64,000 nucleotides of DNA from Moniliella sp. 'wahieum' (Eukaryota), in the NCBI GenBank assembly GCA_003971905.1, contig RSEE01000088.1:124001-188000 (forward strand), written 5' to 3'. Made by a program: the position numbers and the translations under genes. The notes beneath the pieces were generated by a model. The model did not search any database and had not been told where the DNA came from. It was given only the letters and a program-made list of their open reading frames with translations. This document shows, one piece after another, positions 62,304-64,000 of this stretch. Each line of letters starts with the position of its first letter. Position 1 is the stretch's first letter.

Positions 62304-63448
62304 ATGTCTTCGACCCAACCTGAGCAGCGTCCCGATGCGGCGAGGGAGGACAAGGCGCACGCCGGCGCCGACCGGTTTGTGGGCAAGGCAGACACGTTGG
62401 AAGACTCGCTGAAAAAGCAGACGATTGGCTTGGTCCGGCTCGAGGACTTTCAAAAACGGCGTGCCGAGCTGGAGGAGGAAAAGCGGCGGCAGGCGGCGCA
62501 GACGGATGAGCTCAAGTACGTGTGCGAGTGACGGAGCGGGTGGATGGGATGGGTTGGGGAAATGGGGACGGGAGGCAAGCGCGGATACTAACCCTCCATA
62601 CCTGGTTTGGCCTTGTTCTGCCTTCTGCTCAGACCCGAGGAGAAAGAAGAAAAAAGAAAAAGCAGACCAAGGCGACGCTTTCGTTTGAGGACGAGGTGGA
62701 TGACATGCCCCTGCCCGCCAAGAAGAAACAAAAGACTGGACCGACCCCGCCGAGCCGACCAAGTCCAGTTTCAAGAACCCAGATGTGGATACCTCCTTCC
62801 TCCCGGACCGACAGCGGGAGGAGGAGGAACGGCGGGTACGCGAATCGCTGCGTCAAGAATGGCTCCAAAAGCAAGCCAAGATGAAGGAGGAGTCGATCGA
62901 GATCACCTACTCGTACTGGGATGGAAGTGGACATCGCAAGGTGGTCAAGGTACGTATCGTGCTGTCCTGTCGGACGGGAATGGGGAAGCCGCGGGAGGCG
63001 AAGCGAGGCGAAGCGAGGCGAAGCGAGGCGAAGCGAGGCGAGGCGAGGAAGACGGACTGACTGACATGACCCGCAGTGCAAAAAGGGCGATACGATTGCC
63101 CAGTTTCTGGAAAAGTGTCGTGTGCAATTCCCCGAGCTAAGGGGGGTCAATGTGGACAGTCTCATGTACATCAAGGAAGACCTGATCATCCCTCATCACC
63201 TTTCGTTCTACGATATGATCGTGTCCAAGAGCCGGGGCAAGTCGGGTCCGCTGTTCAACTTTGATGTGCACGACGATGTGCGGCTGTTGGCTGACGCACG
63301 GGTGGAGAAGGACGAGTCGCATGCGGGCAAGGTGGTGGAGCGCAGTTGGTACAACCGCAACAAGCACATCTTTCCTGCCTCCCGCTGGGACGTGTTCGAA
63401 TTGGGTAAAGATTATGGTGGCTACACCATTCACGACTCCAAGAAGTAA
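62304..63448 (+). CDS. XAP5/FAM50 family nuclear protein
   Basis: [93 protein letters not shown]. Introns 62516-62632 and 62950-63076. Confidence 0.93.
62995..63047. repeat. Intronic tandem (GAGGCGAAGC) x ~5
   Basis: gaggcgaagcgaggcgaagc... inside XAP5 intron 2. Confidence 0.85.
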
Positions 63449-64000
63449 GCTGGCAGCTGGCACAGCCTCCCTGTTGTACTGTACTCTTGATGCTACCACC
63501 TGGTCGTCCCGTCGTCAAAGCCCTGTGGAAGTACAGACCATAGGGACAGTGGGAACGATCGAGTAAAGCTAGCGAAGCGATTGCTGCATCCTTTGAATAA
63601 AGAGGGGAGCTACTGGGAACGGACCCAATTTCGGGAATCGGCTTGCTTCAGCACAAGTTGGCTGGAGTATGATTGTGTCCAACCTTCTCAATTGCATACG
63701 CGATGCTTTCGCACCACCGGCTGCGCTTTGGTTGTCACTACTTTGCTGGCTGGGGGGGTTGCGTAGCCCGCTGCTTCTATCATCTGCTCCCGCGGGGTTC
63801 TTGCCAGCACCCTCTCCAGAGAGGGATGCTGGACTGATGAGCGTAGAGGATTGCAAGCTCACCGAGCGTTTGATGCTGAAGGATATTCTATGCCGCGTAC
63901 AGTGCCCATGTAGTACATCTCTCTTCGTTGACACTTTCAGCCTTCAAGCTTCACCCCCCCTACGCATAAGGACCAGCAGTAACTCTACAGGTGTAAAAAC

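Noticed and set aside
62995..63047. Regular repeats as a CRISPR-like array
   Set aside because: A simple 10-bp tandem repeat with no spacers, inside a eukaryotic intron; no cas genes.

Overview
A gene-dense, GC-rich fungal window. It is basidiomycete, probably smut-related (Ustilaginomycotina), judging from the GTACGT/GTATGT donors, short introns and MP88-like and WOPR genes. It holds about 25 protein genes and two intron-containing tRNAs (Leu-CAG, Glu-CTC). Most genes are housekeeping: a rhodanese-PTP MAPK phosphatase, PNKP, a PITH protein, a PAQR/IZH protein, RRN7, fumarase, RPS16, TEF1, importin-alpha, choline kinase, RPS22, RPS17, RRP42, an SDR, TSR3, NOP1, GID8, a WOPR transcription factor and XAP5. 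Many of them carry single-base frameshifts, including one in the TEF1 P-loop, so the assembly has frequent indel errors. The standout is an intronless gene of about 872 aa (26800-29417, minus strand). It fuses a 2H phosphoesterase, a TPR-like repeat, a CX5R phosphatase, a P-loop polynucleotide kinase and an ATP-dependent RNA ligase, which makes it a candidate stand-alone 'heal-and-seal' RNA repair enzyme distinct from Trl1. Also notable are a triple CRE cluster upstream of the PTP gene, a fumarase with no presequence, an orphan copia-gag-like ORF, a GPI-type heparinase II/III-like lyase, and intergenic tandem repeats built from palindromes.
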